From Nitrosomonadales bacterium (GTDB taxonomy: Bacteria; Pseudomonadota; Gammaproteobacteria; Burkholderiales; SG8-39), in NCBI GenBank assembly GCA_036676355.1, contig JAKFDA010000071.1:29924-93923 (forward strand): 64,000 bases of DNA, read 5' to 3'. Positions 48,452 through 56,355 of the stretch are shown piece after piece. The position numbers and the translations under genes are program-made. Within the stretch, counting starts at the first letter, position 1. Each line of letters opens with the position of its first letter. The notes under the pieces were generated by a model. The model had not been told where the DNA came from. It was given only the letters and a program-made list of their open reading frames with translations, and ran no database searches.

Positions 48452-50797
48452 CTATTTGATCAGCCCGCGCAGCAATTGCTCGCCCAGGCTGCCGCCGCGC
48501 TTGTCGTTCTTATCGGCCGGCGCATCGGCCTCGCCTTGCTGCGCGTCCTGTTTACCGCCCAGGCGCCGCTCGAGTTGACGACGCAATTCGTCCTTCGCCC
48601 TGTCTTCGACCAGCGCACGCGTGTCGAGCCGATACTTGAGACTGTCCGTCGGGCCGCTGATCGTGACCGGCACGGTGATACTGCCAACCTTGTCCAGTCC
48701 CTTGCCGCCCTGCCCGGTGGATGTGTTCACCAATGAGGCTTTCACCTGGTAATCGAGACTCGATTCGGGAATGTTCACATCGCCGCTGCCGTTCACGCGC
48801 AGGAAGGGCGAGCGCAGCAACAGATCATTGTTGTGCGCGATACCGTTCTGAACCTTGAAGCTGGCACTGAGGTCGGAAAAATCCGTCTGCTCGCCGCCTT
48901 TTGCCTGCTCCTCGGCCGCGCTCCTGGAGCCCAGCACCGCCTTCGCTTTGCGCAACGCTTCAGCGAGGTTGAAACCTTTGACCGCACCGTCCTTGAGCAC
49001 CACGCTCGCCGTCCCGCCCAGTGCACGCTTCAAGGCGTCGGGCGTGGTGCCGACGGTTTGCAAATCGAGTTCGACGTTGCCACGCCCTTCGAGCAGATCC
49101 TTCTCGGCGACGTCGCGCAGCAGCGGGCCGATGTTCACCCCGACGAGGCGCTGTTTGATGACGTAGCTATTGCGATGCGCGTTGACGACCGCGCTGCCCT
49201 GCAGGCTGCCGCGATAGAGGTTCGCACGAATCGGGCTGACCGCAAGATGGCCCTTATCGGCATCGACATTGACATTGACGTTCTGCGCCTTGATGTTCGA
49301 AACCACCAGTTCACCGACCTTGACGCCGCCTTGCGCCTGCAGCGTTTTCAGCCAGCCCAGGTCGATGGGCGATTCCTTTGCGGCCGGCGACGAAGCGGCG
49401 CTGCCGCCTTTCGCGCCGCCTGAGGAACCGGCACCCGCTTGCGCCTTGTCGGCGGGCGGCAGATACCGATCGATGTTCAATCGATCGGCGTTGACATCGA
49501 ATTTCACCGCCGGCGAATCAAAGCCTTTCACCGCGAATTTGGCGTTTACCGTGCCATCTTCCAACCGTGCGCGCAGATCGGCCTGCGCGGTCTCCTGCCC
49601 CCAATCGACATGCTTCGAGCCTTCCAGATGCAGCTTCGCGCTCTTGTTCGGCACCTTCGGCCCCGAGAAGACAAAGTCTCCGACAATCGTGGCCAGTTGC
49701 AGACGCTTTGCGTCGAGATCAAGCAGGACGGGAGAGCCGATTTTGCCGGTCACGGCAAGCGTGTCCTGTTTCAGCTGCATGTCGATGTCCGCACTCGCAA
49801 ACTGAATTTGCTTACCTGCCGCATTCAGCGCGGACAGCACGACATGCGCCTCGATGGCACGCTCCGGCGTCTTGTACTTGAGATCGACGGCAATCGGTTT
49901 GCTCTCCGAACGATCCGGTGAGATGAGCAGTTTAGGCACGGTGAAGCGCGCGTCGAGCATGTCGCCCGATCTGGCGGTCGCTTCGACACCGGTCAGATCC
50001 ACCCGCCCGGCGTTCCGATCGAAGCCGGCAGTGTCGCCTTTGACATGCAACTGCAGCGCATCGAGTGCCGCCGCATCGCCTTCGGCCGTGAGGTCCATGT
50101 TCGACAGTTGCGCCGCGCCCTTCTCGATATCGAAGCGGTACCCCGCCTGGAGATTGATCTGCAATGCGAGTTTGGGCTGGGTGCCGTCCACGCGCGCGGA
50201 GAAATCCATTTTCCCCGGCACGCCGCTGGCGATGCGGCCGGTATTGAGATTGACGTTGGAAGCGCGCAATTGCGTGCCGTTCGTCTGATCCTGCCAGCCG
50301 ACCGTGGCATCGCGCAGCGCAATGCCGCCGATATCGATCGCCGGCATCTTGGCGGGTTTAGTCGGCTCGGCTTCTTTGGGCTTGGTCGTTTCTTTGGTCT
50401 TTTCGCCGAGCAGATCATCGAAATTGGTGCTGCCGTTCTTGTACTTGACGAGATCGGCTTCAAGTCCGGTCAGCGTCACTTCATCGACGATGAACTGTTT
50501 CGAAAGCAAGGGCAGCAGGGCCAACGCCACACGCGCCTCATCGACCTGAGCGAAGCGTTGATCGCTGTTCGGTGCCGATAGCGTCACACCCTGTACGGCG
50601 GCGCCGATTTTCGGATAAAACTTGAGTTCTATGTCGCCGCTGACGGTGAGCGTGCGGCCGGTATGATCTTTCACCATCTTGATCAGATCCGGCTTGTACT
50701 CGTTCGGATCGACGGTCAGCGCAATGAACGCCACCGCCCCGACAACCAGAACGACCAATCCCACTACGATCCACAGCAACCACTTCACGACTCTCAT
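48452..50797 (-). CDS. AsmA-family outer-membrane biogenesis protein
   Basis: 781 aa with the N-terminal anchor MRVVKWLLWIVVGLVVLVVGAVAFIALTV. A long beta-rich repetitive body and an AsmA-like C-terminus follow. Confidence 0.88.
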   Translation of the reverse strand: MRVVKWLLWIVVGLVVLVVGAVAFIALTVDPNEYKPDLIKMVKDHTGRTLTVSGDIELKFYPKIGAAVQGVTLSAPNSDQRFAQVDEARVALALLPLLSKQFIVDEVTLTGLEADLVKYKNGSTNFDDLLGEKTKETTKPKEAEPTKPAKMPAIDIGGIALRDATVGWQDQTNGTQLRASNVNLNTGRIASGVPGKMDFSARVDGTQPKLALQINLQAGYRFDIEKGAAQLSNMDLTAEGDAAALDALQLHVKGDTAGFDRNAGRVDLTGVEATARSGDMLDARFTVPKLLISPDRSESKPIAVDLKYKTPERAIEAHVVLSALNAAGKQIQFASADIDMQLKQDTLAVTGKIGSPVLLDLDAKRLQLATIVGDFVFSGPKVPNKSAKLHLEGSKHVDWGQETAQADLRARLEDGTVNAKFAVKGFDSPAVKFDVNADRLNIDRYLPPADKAQAGAGSSGGAKGGSAASSPAAKESPIDLGWLKTLQAQGGVKVGELVVSNIKAQNVNVNVDADKGHLAVSPIRANLYRGSLQGSAVVNAHRNSYVIKQRLVGVNIGPLLRDVAEKDLLEGRGNVELDLQTVGTTPDALKRALGGTASVVLKDGAVKGFNLAEALRKAKAVLGSRSAAEEQAKGGEQTDFSDLSASFKVQNGIAHNNDLLLRSPFLRVNGSGDVNIPESSLDYQVKASLVNTSTGQGGKGLDKVGSITVPVTISGPTDSLKYRLDTRALVEDRAKDELRRQLERRLGGKQDAQQGEADAPADKNDKRGGSLGEQLLRGLIK

Positions 50798-51714
50798 GCG
50801 CCGTCCTTGTTTTCGTTCGCAATGCCGAAAGGCACGTGACCCGTTGCAACATGCAGGCGCGCGGACTCGCAGTGGCCGCGCTGATCGTCGAAAAAGATGT
50901 CCGCACCGAACACCTTGAGGAAATTGCCCTTCTCGAGGCCGCCGAGAAACAACGCTTCATCGATGCGAATGTCCCAGGCGCGCAGGGTGCGCACCACACG
51001 CTCATGTGCGGGCGCGCTGCGTGCCGTCACCAGCGCAGTGCGGATCGGCGATGCATCGGGCGGGTATTCGGACTGAATGTGCTGCAGCGCGGCAAGAAAA
51101 TTTTTGAACGGCCCGCCGGTAAGCGGATTGTGCGCGGCCGATACTTCAGCGGCATGAAAGCGATCGAGGCCGTCCTGCTTGTAGACGCGCTCCGCTTCGT
51201 CCGAGAAAATCACTGCGTCGCCGTCGAAGGCGATACGCAACTGTTCGCTCTGGGAGAGATTCTGTCCGACGTTGGAAGGCAGAATCGTCGCCGCTGCATG
51301 CCCCGCGTCCAGCGCCTTGCGCACGTCGACCGGGTTGGCCGATAAAAACAGGTCGGCATCGAAGGCGGGTACATAGGAGTAAGTGCTTTCGCCACCGGTG
51401 AACGCCGCGCGCGTAATGTCGAGCTTGTAATGCTCGATGGAATTCATGATGCGTAAACCGGTGTCGGCCGTGTTGCGCGAAAGCAGAATCACTTCCACCC
51501 GCGGCCGCGCCGGCAGCATGCCGTTGAGGGCCAGCAGCTTTCTCACCAGCGGAAAGGCGATGCCCGGCGCCAGCACTTCCTCCTCGCGCGCGCGCTGGTA
51601 TTGGAAATACGCCTCCACGCCGTCCTGCTCGAACACGCGATTGCTTTCTTCGAGATCGAACAAGGCGCGGGATGAGATTGCTACAACCAACTTACCGTCA
51701 AAGGTGGCGGGCAT
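50794..51714 (-). CDS. 5'-nucleotidase (PF06189-like, HAD-related)
   Basis: ORF 50794..51768 trimmed to ATG 51714 (MPATFDGKLVVAISSRALFDLEE). It has an ATGA overlap with the asmA-family start. Confidence 0.8.
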   Translation of the reverse strand: MPATFDGKLVVAISSRALFDLEESNRVFEQDGVEAYFQYQRAREEEVLAPGIAFPLVRKLLALNGMLPARPRVEVILLSRNTADTGLRIMNSIEHYKLDITRAAFTGGESTYSYVPAFDADLFLSANPVDVRKALDAGHAAATILPSNVGQNLSQSEQLRIAFDGDAVIFSDEAERVYKQDGLDRFHAAEVSAAHNPLTGGPFKNFLAALQHIQSEYPPDASPIRTALVTARSAPAHERVVRTLRAWDIRIDEALFLGGLEKGNFLKVFGADIFFDDQRGHCESARLHVATGHVPFGIANENKDGA

Positions 51715-51888
51715 TTGAGTTGTCTGGCTCCAGTGACGCGCGATGGAACATTGATTGACGCGCAACATCGGTTGCGCTCATGGACGAGTGGCATTTTAAC
51801 CCCCGCGGGCCTCTTTCTTGATAGGAACGCCGGTAAGTCTCTGTCGCGCCGACATATATGCAAGCGCAGGCTTCGAGGGATGCCAATC

Positions 51889-52899
51889 ATGGGATTTGCA
51901 ACGCGGTTGCAGCGGACGCTGCTCATCGCCACCATGCTGACCGTCGCCACGCCCGTTTCCGCGTCGGATTGGTTTGCAACGGCGCCTCGCCCAGCCATGT
52001 CGACCGCCGCAACAGCGGATTATTCAACCGGTGGACCTCTGCGGCCGGCCACTTCGACCTTGCAACAGGAGCCGCTTTATCGCCTGCACCCTTTCAATCC
52101 CGATCTCACCCACGCCGATCGGCGCCAGGCCAAGCTCTTTCTCGGCACTTCGGTCGGTCTGGTATTGCTCTATGGCGCTTCGCAATGGTGGGACGATGGC
52201 CTGAACACCACGTTTCGCAGCAAGAGTGAAGGCTGGTTCAGCCAGCACACGGTCGAAGGCGGCGCGGACAAGCTGGGACACTTTTATTCCGCCTATGCGG
52301 GAACACGCGTCGTCACCCGCGTCATGGAGTGGCTGGGAGATGATCACGATACCGCCCTCGCCGTCGGCATGGTGGCGGCCGCCGGCACGCTGTCGCTGGT
52401 CGAGGTGATCGACGGCTTCTCCGAAAAATACCGCTTCAGTCACGAAGATCTGTTGATGGGTCTGGGCGGCGCGGCGCTGGGCTGGTTCGCCGAGACGCAT
52501 CCGGCAATCGACGAAAAATTCGATTTTCGTTTTTACTACTGGCCGTCCGATTACGCGCGCGATAACGACAAGATCGACCCCTTCGGCGATTACTCCGGAC
52601 AGAAATATTTTCTCGTTACCAAGGCCAGCGGCTTCGACGCAACACGCTCTCACCCCCTGTTGCACTACCTCGAGCTGGTGGTCGGATACGGCGCGCGCAA
52701 TTACGAAACCAACGCGGACGACGATCCGACGCGAAGCTTCTATTACGGCGTTTCGCTCAATCTCACCGAGGTCTTGCGACACACGGCATTCAAGAATGAC
52801 AAGCCGCGCAGCAACACCGCGCAATGGACCGGCATGGCGCTGGAACTGTGGCAGCCACCCGGGAGCGTCGTATTCGCGCGGCACAACCTGCCGCGATAA
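51889..52899 (+). CDS. Predicted periplasmic/outer-membrane protein (DUF2279/YfiM-like)
   Basis: ORF 51715..52899 trimmed to ATG 51889, which has a GAGGGA RBS 8 nt upstream. It has a signal peptide, and GGADKLGHFYSAY resembles DUF2279. Confidence 0.7.
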   Translation: MGFATRLQRTLLIATMLTVATPVSASDWFATAPRPAMSTAATADYSTGGPLRPATSTLQQEPLYRLHPFNPDLTHADRRQAKLFLGTSVGLVLLYGASQWWDDGLNTTFRSKSEGWFSQHTVEGGADKLGHFYSAYAGTRVVTRVMEWLGDDHDTALAVGMVAAAGTLSLVEVIDGFSEKYRFSHEDLLMGLGGAALGWFAETHPAIDEKFDFRFYYWPSDYARDNDKIDPFGDYSGQKYFLVTKASGFDATRSHPLLHYLELVVGYGARNYETNADDDPTRSFYYGVSLNLTEVLRHTAFKNDKPRSNTAQWTGMALELWQPPGSVVFARHNLPR

Positions 52900-52962
52900 T
52901 TTCGATCGATCATTGCCGCCGCGTTGCCGGACGATGAGCAGGTCGCATAGAATCGGCGCGTC

Positions 52963-53036
52963 GCGGGTGTAGTTCAATGGCAGAACCTCAGCTTCCCAAG
53001 CTGATGGTGTGGGTTCGATTCCCATCACCCGCTCCA
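52963..53036 (+). tRNA. tRNA-Gly (anticodon CCC)
   Basis: Hand-folded 74-nt cloverleaf. The acceptor stem is GCGGGTG/CACCCGC, the D-arm GTTC/GAAC and the anticodon stem TCAGC/GCTGA. The anticodon loop is TTCCCAA and the T-loop TTCGATT. It ends with an encoded CCA. Confidence 0.93.
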
Positions 53037-53079
53037 GATATACAAAGGGAGCCCTTCAGGGCTCCCTTTGTATATCTGG
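53034..53079 (+). other. Perfect 21-bp inverted repeat starting at the tRNA CCA end (terminator-like hairpin)
   Basis: CCAGATATACAAAGGGAGCCC-TTCA-GGGCTCCCTTTGTATATCTGG. No T-tract follows. Confidence 0.7.
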
Positions 53080-53103
53080 ATAGGACGACGGGTGAAGTAC
53101 CCA
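53060..53103. repeat. Direct repeat, copy 1
   Basis: GGCTCCCTTTGTATATCTGGATAGGACGACGGGTGAAGTACCCA. An imperfect copy lies at 53270..53326. Confidence 0.7.
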
Positions 53104-53113
53104 CCGGTTCGAC

Positions 53114-53140
53114 AACTGAATGTCCGGGGGACATTCAGTT
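53114..53140. other. 12-bp perfect hairpin
   Basis: AACTGAATGTCC-GGG-GGACATTCAGTT. Confidence 0.7.
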
Positions 53141-53269
53141 GGACGCCGAGGCGTTCCAGCGACTTGGCGGTCCCGAGCAGCATGCCGCGAGGGATGAGCG
53201 GATCGCATCAAGCGAGACGCTCACATTCCCATCACATTCAAGCCATCCGAAAAGCGCAGTTCCTTCCAA

Positions 53270-53326
53270 GGCTCCCTTTCGTATGTGGATTGGACGATGA
53301 GCAGAGTGCCTTTCGTGAAGTACCCA
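53270..53326. repeat. Direct repeat, copy 2
   Basis: GGCTCCCTTTCGTATGTGGATTGGACGATGAGCAGAGTGCCTTTCGTGAAGTACCCA. Confidence 0.7.
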
Positions 53327-53413
53327 AATTCTCATGTGGCAGTTGTTTACAATTCCGCCTAAAAAATTGCCATCTCAGTCAAATTTGTATTTCTTTACAA
53401 TCATTTAACGCTG

Positions 53414-53429
53414 CGGCATAGACATTGCC
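53414..53429 (+). promoter_or_regulatory. Candidate sigma-54 (-24/-12) promoter of the PEP-CTERM protein gene
   Basis: CGGCAT-AGACA-TTGCC has exact GG-N10-GC spacing. It lies 47 nt upstream of ATG 53476 and is preceded by an AT-rich stretch. Confidence 0.6.
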
Positions 53430-53475
53430 TCGCGCTTGGCGAATCCCATCACATCCACCATTAAGGGTGATCGCC

Positions 53476-54342
53476 ATGAGAAGGCCCACAATGAAGTGCT
53501 TGTTACTGAGTGCGCTGTTTGTCGGAACACTCGCGTCGGCGGCAGTGCAAGCGGCATCGGTGGCAATTGTCGGTCAGACAAACCGCTGGACACAGGTCGT
53601 ACCGCTGTTCGAGGGCCTGGGCGACACCGTCGCGCTACACGGCTCGTATGCCAGCATTCCCAATCTTCAAACCTACGACATCATCTGGGACGCGGATTTC
53701 TTTGCCAATGCGGGGGCGGCCGAAGCACAACGCGTAATCGATTTCGTCAACAGCGGTCGTGGCTTCTACGGGCAAGTGGAACGCCCGTGCTGCGAAGCAC
53801 ACAACGACTGGCTGCAGGACATATTCAGAACCTTGACCGGCGATTCCGACATCGTGTTCGGCGATGCCGGCGACAGCCCCATTGCCGGGCCGAGCCAGTT
53901 TCTCTTTCCCGACCTCAGCATTCTGCTGGAACCGAACGATATTCGCGGCACGACCTTCGACACCTCCGCGCCGGGTCAACTCGCCAATATCGACCCCGCG
54001 CGCATCTTCGCCACGATTCAGGCAGCCGGCGGTTTCAACGTCGGTGCGGCGTGGGCCACCGATGATCTCGTTAACGACGAAGGCCGTCTCGTCGTCGTCA
54101 GCGACGTCGACTGGCTGAACAGCATCAGCGCCGATGAAGCCGACGCCCTGGAGAATTTCCGTATATTCCTGCTGGCCGGTGAGCCACTGCCTCCGGGCTG
54201 CGGCGAAGACCCCAGCCTGCCCGGTTGCGGTGGCGGCCCGGGCCCGGTTCCCGGGGTGCCGGAACCCGGCACATTGGCGCTTTTCGGCCTCGCTCTGGTG
54301 GCATTCCGTTTGACCCGCAAGGGACCGCGTCGGTCCGCGTAG
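53476..54342 (+). CDS. PEP-CTERM sorting-domain protein
   Basis: ORF 53425..54342 trimmed to ATG 53476, which has an AAGGGTGA RBS. The signal peptide is MRRPTMKCLLLSALFVGTLASAAVQA. The C-terminus is VPEPGTLALFGLALVAFRLTRKGPRR: a PEP motif, a TM helix and a basic tail. A Gly/Pro/Cys linker precedes it. Confidence 0.88.
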   Translation: MRRPTMKCLLLSALFVGTLASAAVQAASVAIVGQTNRWTQVVPLFEGLGDTVALHGSYASIPNLQTYDIIWDADFFANAGAAEAQRVIDFVNSGRGFYGQVERPCCEAHNDWLQDIFRTLTGDSDIVFGDAGDSPIAGPSQFLFPDLSILLEPNDIRGTTFDTSAPGQLANIDPARIFATIQAAGGFNVGAAWATDDLVNDEGRLVVVSDVDWLNSISADEADALENFRIFLLAGEPLPPGCGEDPSLPGCGGGPGPVPGVPEPGTLALFGLALVAFRLTRKGPRRSA

Positions 54343-54364
54343 CAACTGCACGACGCGTTCACAA

Positions 54365-54391
54365 CCCCGCCTGCCCGGCGGGGTTTTTTTA
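54365..54391 (+). terminator. Rho-independent terminator after PEP-CTERM gene
   Basis: CCCCGCC-TGCC-CGGCGGGG followed by TTTTTTTA. Confidence 0.85.
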
Positions 54392-54504
54392 TTTATTTCA
54401 CGGCGCACGTGACGGCAGCAATGCTGCGCCACGTCAACGCGATGGCCGGATAGCCGGTGCTATGATTGCAGTTCGTTTTTCAGCCCTAAATCCGCCCTTC
54501 TGCA

Positions 54505-54708
54505 ATGATCCAGCTTTCCGTGAACGGGGAGCCCAAACAGGTTCCCGCGCCAATCCACGTCGCCGGCTTGCTCGACGTCCTGACGCTGACCGGCAGGAAG
54601 GTCGCCGTCGAGCGCAACGGCGAAATCGTGCCCCGCAGCCACTACGCCCAGACGCAGTTGGCCGAGGGCGATCAGCTTGAAATCGTCGTCGCCGTCGGCG
54701 GCGGCTAA
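54505..54708 (+). CDS. thiS: Sulfur carrier protein ThiS
   Basis: 67 aa with a ubiquitin-like fold pattern, ending in VAVGGG. Confidence 0.9.
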   Translation: MIQLSVNGEPKQVPAPIHVAGLLDVLTLTGRKVAVERNGEIVPRSHYAQTQLAEGDQLEIVVAVGGG

Positions 54709-54770
54709 CGAGCACTGATCAAGGCCACTCCGCACGCCTTATCGCGCCGGTTCTGCTCAGGCTCTCCCCC

Positions 54771-55610
54771 ATGCGAGATTCCGCACCCATGAACGCACCG
54801 CTTACTTCCTCTCAAATCGCCAACGACGCCCTCGTCATCGGCGGCAAGGCCTATGGCTCGCGCCTCCTGGTCGGCACCGGAAAGTACAAGGATTTCGATG
54901 AGACGCGTCGCGCCATCGAGGCCAGCGGCGCTGAGATCGTGACCGTTGCGATTCGCCGCACCAATATCGGCCAGAATGCCAACGAGCCGTCGCTGCTCGA
55001 TGCGGTACCGCCGTCGCAATATACCTACCTGCCGAACACGGCCGGCTGCTACAGCGCCGATGACGCCGTGCGCACGCTGCGCCTGGCGCGCGAACTGCTG
55101 GACGGCCATTCGTTGGTGAAGCTGGAAGTGCTGGGCGATCCGCACACTTTGTTCCCCAACGTGCTGGAAACGCTGAAGGCCGCCGAGACGCTGGTGAAGG
55201 ATGGTTTTCAGGTGATGGTGTACACCAGCGACGACCCGATCATCGCCAAGCAACTGGAAGATATCGGCTGCGTCGCCATCATGCCGCTCGCCTCGCTGAT
55301 CGGTTCGGGCATGGGCATCCTCAATCCCTGGAACCTGCAACTGATTATCGAAAAAGCGACTGTGCCGGTGATCGTGGATGCCGGCGTCGGCACGGCTTCC
55401 GATGCGGCCATTGCGCTGGAAGTGGGTTGCGCAGGGGTCTTGATGAACACCGCCATTGCCAAGGCCAAAGACCCGGTGCTGATGGCGCAGGCCATGAAAA
55501 AAGCGGTCGAGGCCGGCCGCGAGGCCTATCGCGCCGGTCGCATGCCGAAGAAGCTGTACTCGGCAACGCCAAGCTCGCCGACCGGCGGCTTGATCACGCC
55601 GGCGCGTTAA
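54771..55610 (+). CDS. thiG: Thiazole synthase
   Basis: [12 protein letters not shown] and a (beta/alpha)8 ThiG-like sequence. The start is ATG 54771 or 54789. Confidence 0.93.
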   Translation: MRDSAPMNAPLTSSQIANDALVIGGKAYGSRLLVGTGKYKDFDETRRAIEASGAEIVTVAIRRTNIGQNANEPSLLDAVPPSQYTYLPNTAGCYSADDAVRTLRLARELLDGHSLVKLEVLGDPHTLFPNVLETLKAAETLVKDGFQVMVYTSDDPIIAKQLEDIGCVAIMPLASLIGSGMGILNPWNLQLIIEKATVPVIVDAGVGTASDAAIALEVGCAGVLMNTAIAKAKDPVLMAQAMKKAVEAGREAYRAGRMPKKLYSATPSSPTGGLITPAR

Positions 55611-55662
55611 CGCTCCCTACATTCGTGGCTCGCACTACGCGAGCCGCTCACCATCCTTTCCC

Positions 55663-56346
55663 ATGACTGAAGACGCCACCACGTCGCATCGCGCCGTGCG
55701 CAGTTTCGTACTGCGCCAAGGGCGCGTATCCAACGCGCAGGCCCGCGCCCATGAAACGCTGATGCCGGTGTACGGTATTCCTTACACCGGCCGGCCGCTC
55801 GATCTCGCCGCCGTGTTCGGCCGCAGCGCGCCGAAAATTCTGGAGATCGGCTTCGGCATGGGTGAGACGACCGCCACGATCGCTGCCGCCAATCCGGACA
55901 AGGATTACCTCGGCATCGAAGTGCATACGCCCGGCGTGGGCAGTCTGCTCAAGCAGATCGAGGAGCAGGGCCTGCGCAATCTGCGCGTGATCCAGCACGA
56001 CGCGGTGGAAGTGCTGCAGATGATTCCGCCCGAGTCACTCGACGGTGTGCAGATTTTCTTTCCCGATCCCTGGCCGAAAAAACGCCACCACAAACGACGT
56101 CTCGTGCAGGCGCCGCTGATTGCGTTGCTCGCGACGAAGTTGAGGCCCGGCGGCACGCTGCATGTCGCGACGGACTGGCAGGACTATGCCGAGCAGATTC
56201 TCGCCGTGTTGAGCGCCGAACCGACGCTGCGCAATACCGTCGAAGCTTATGCGCCGCGCCCGGCCGGTCGCCCGCAAACCAAATTCGAATCGCGCGGTCT
56301 GCGTCTCGGCCACGGCGTGTGGGATATCGTCTTCAGCAAGCGCTGA
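55663..56346 (+). CDS. trmB: tRNA (guanine46-N7)-methyltransferase
   Basis: [12 protein letters not shown] motif and [15 protein letters not shown]. Confidence 0.95.
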   Translation: MTEDATTSHRAVRSFVLRQGRVSNAQARAHETLMPVYGIPYTGRPLDLAAVFGRSAPKILEIGFGMGETTATIAAANPDKDYLGIEVHTPGVGSLLKQIEEQGLRNLRVIQHDAVEVLQMIPPESLDGVQIFFPDPWPKKRHHKRRLVQAPLIALLATKLRPGGTLHVATDWQDYAEQILAVLSAEPTLRNTVEAYAPRPAGRPQTKFESRGLRLGHGVWDIVFSKR

Positions 56347-56355
56347 GTTCGCCGA

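Noticed and set aside
52024-53028. 334-aa minus-strand ORF overlapping the DUF2279-like gene and the tRNA-Gly.
   Set aside because: It is antisense to a better-supported gene and runs through a tRNA. It has no recognisable features.
53037-53475. Integrated mobile element or prophage at tRNA-Gly.
   Set aside because: No integrase, transposase or phage gene lies downstream. The direct repeats bracket only ~165 bp of non-coding DNA, so I report it only as a possible scar or structured region.
54392-54504. TPP riboswitch upstream of thiS.
   Set aside because: No THI-box elements (CUGAGA / ACCUGA...GGAUAAUGCC-type core) are visible. There is only a short direct repeat, GCGC(C)ACGT(G/C)A.
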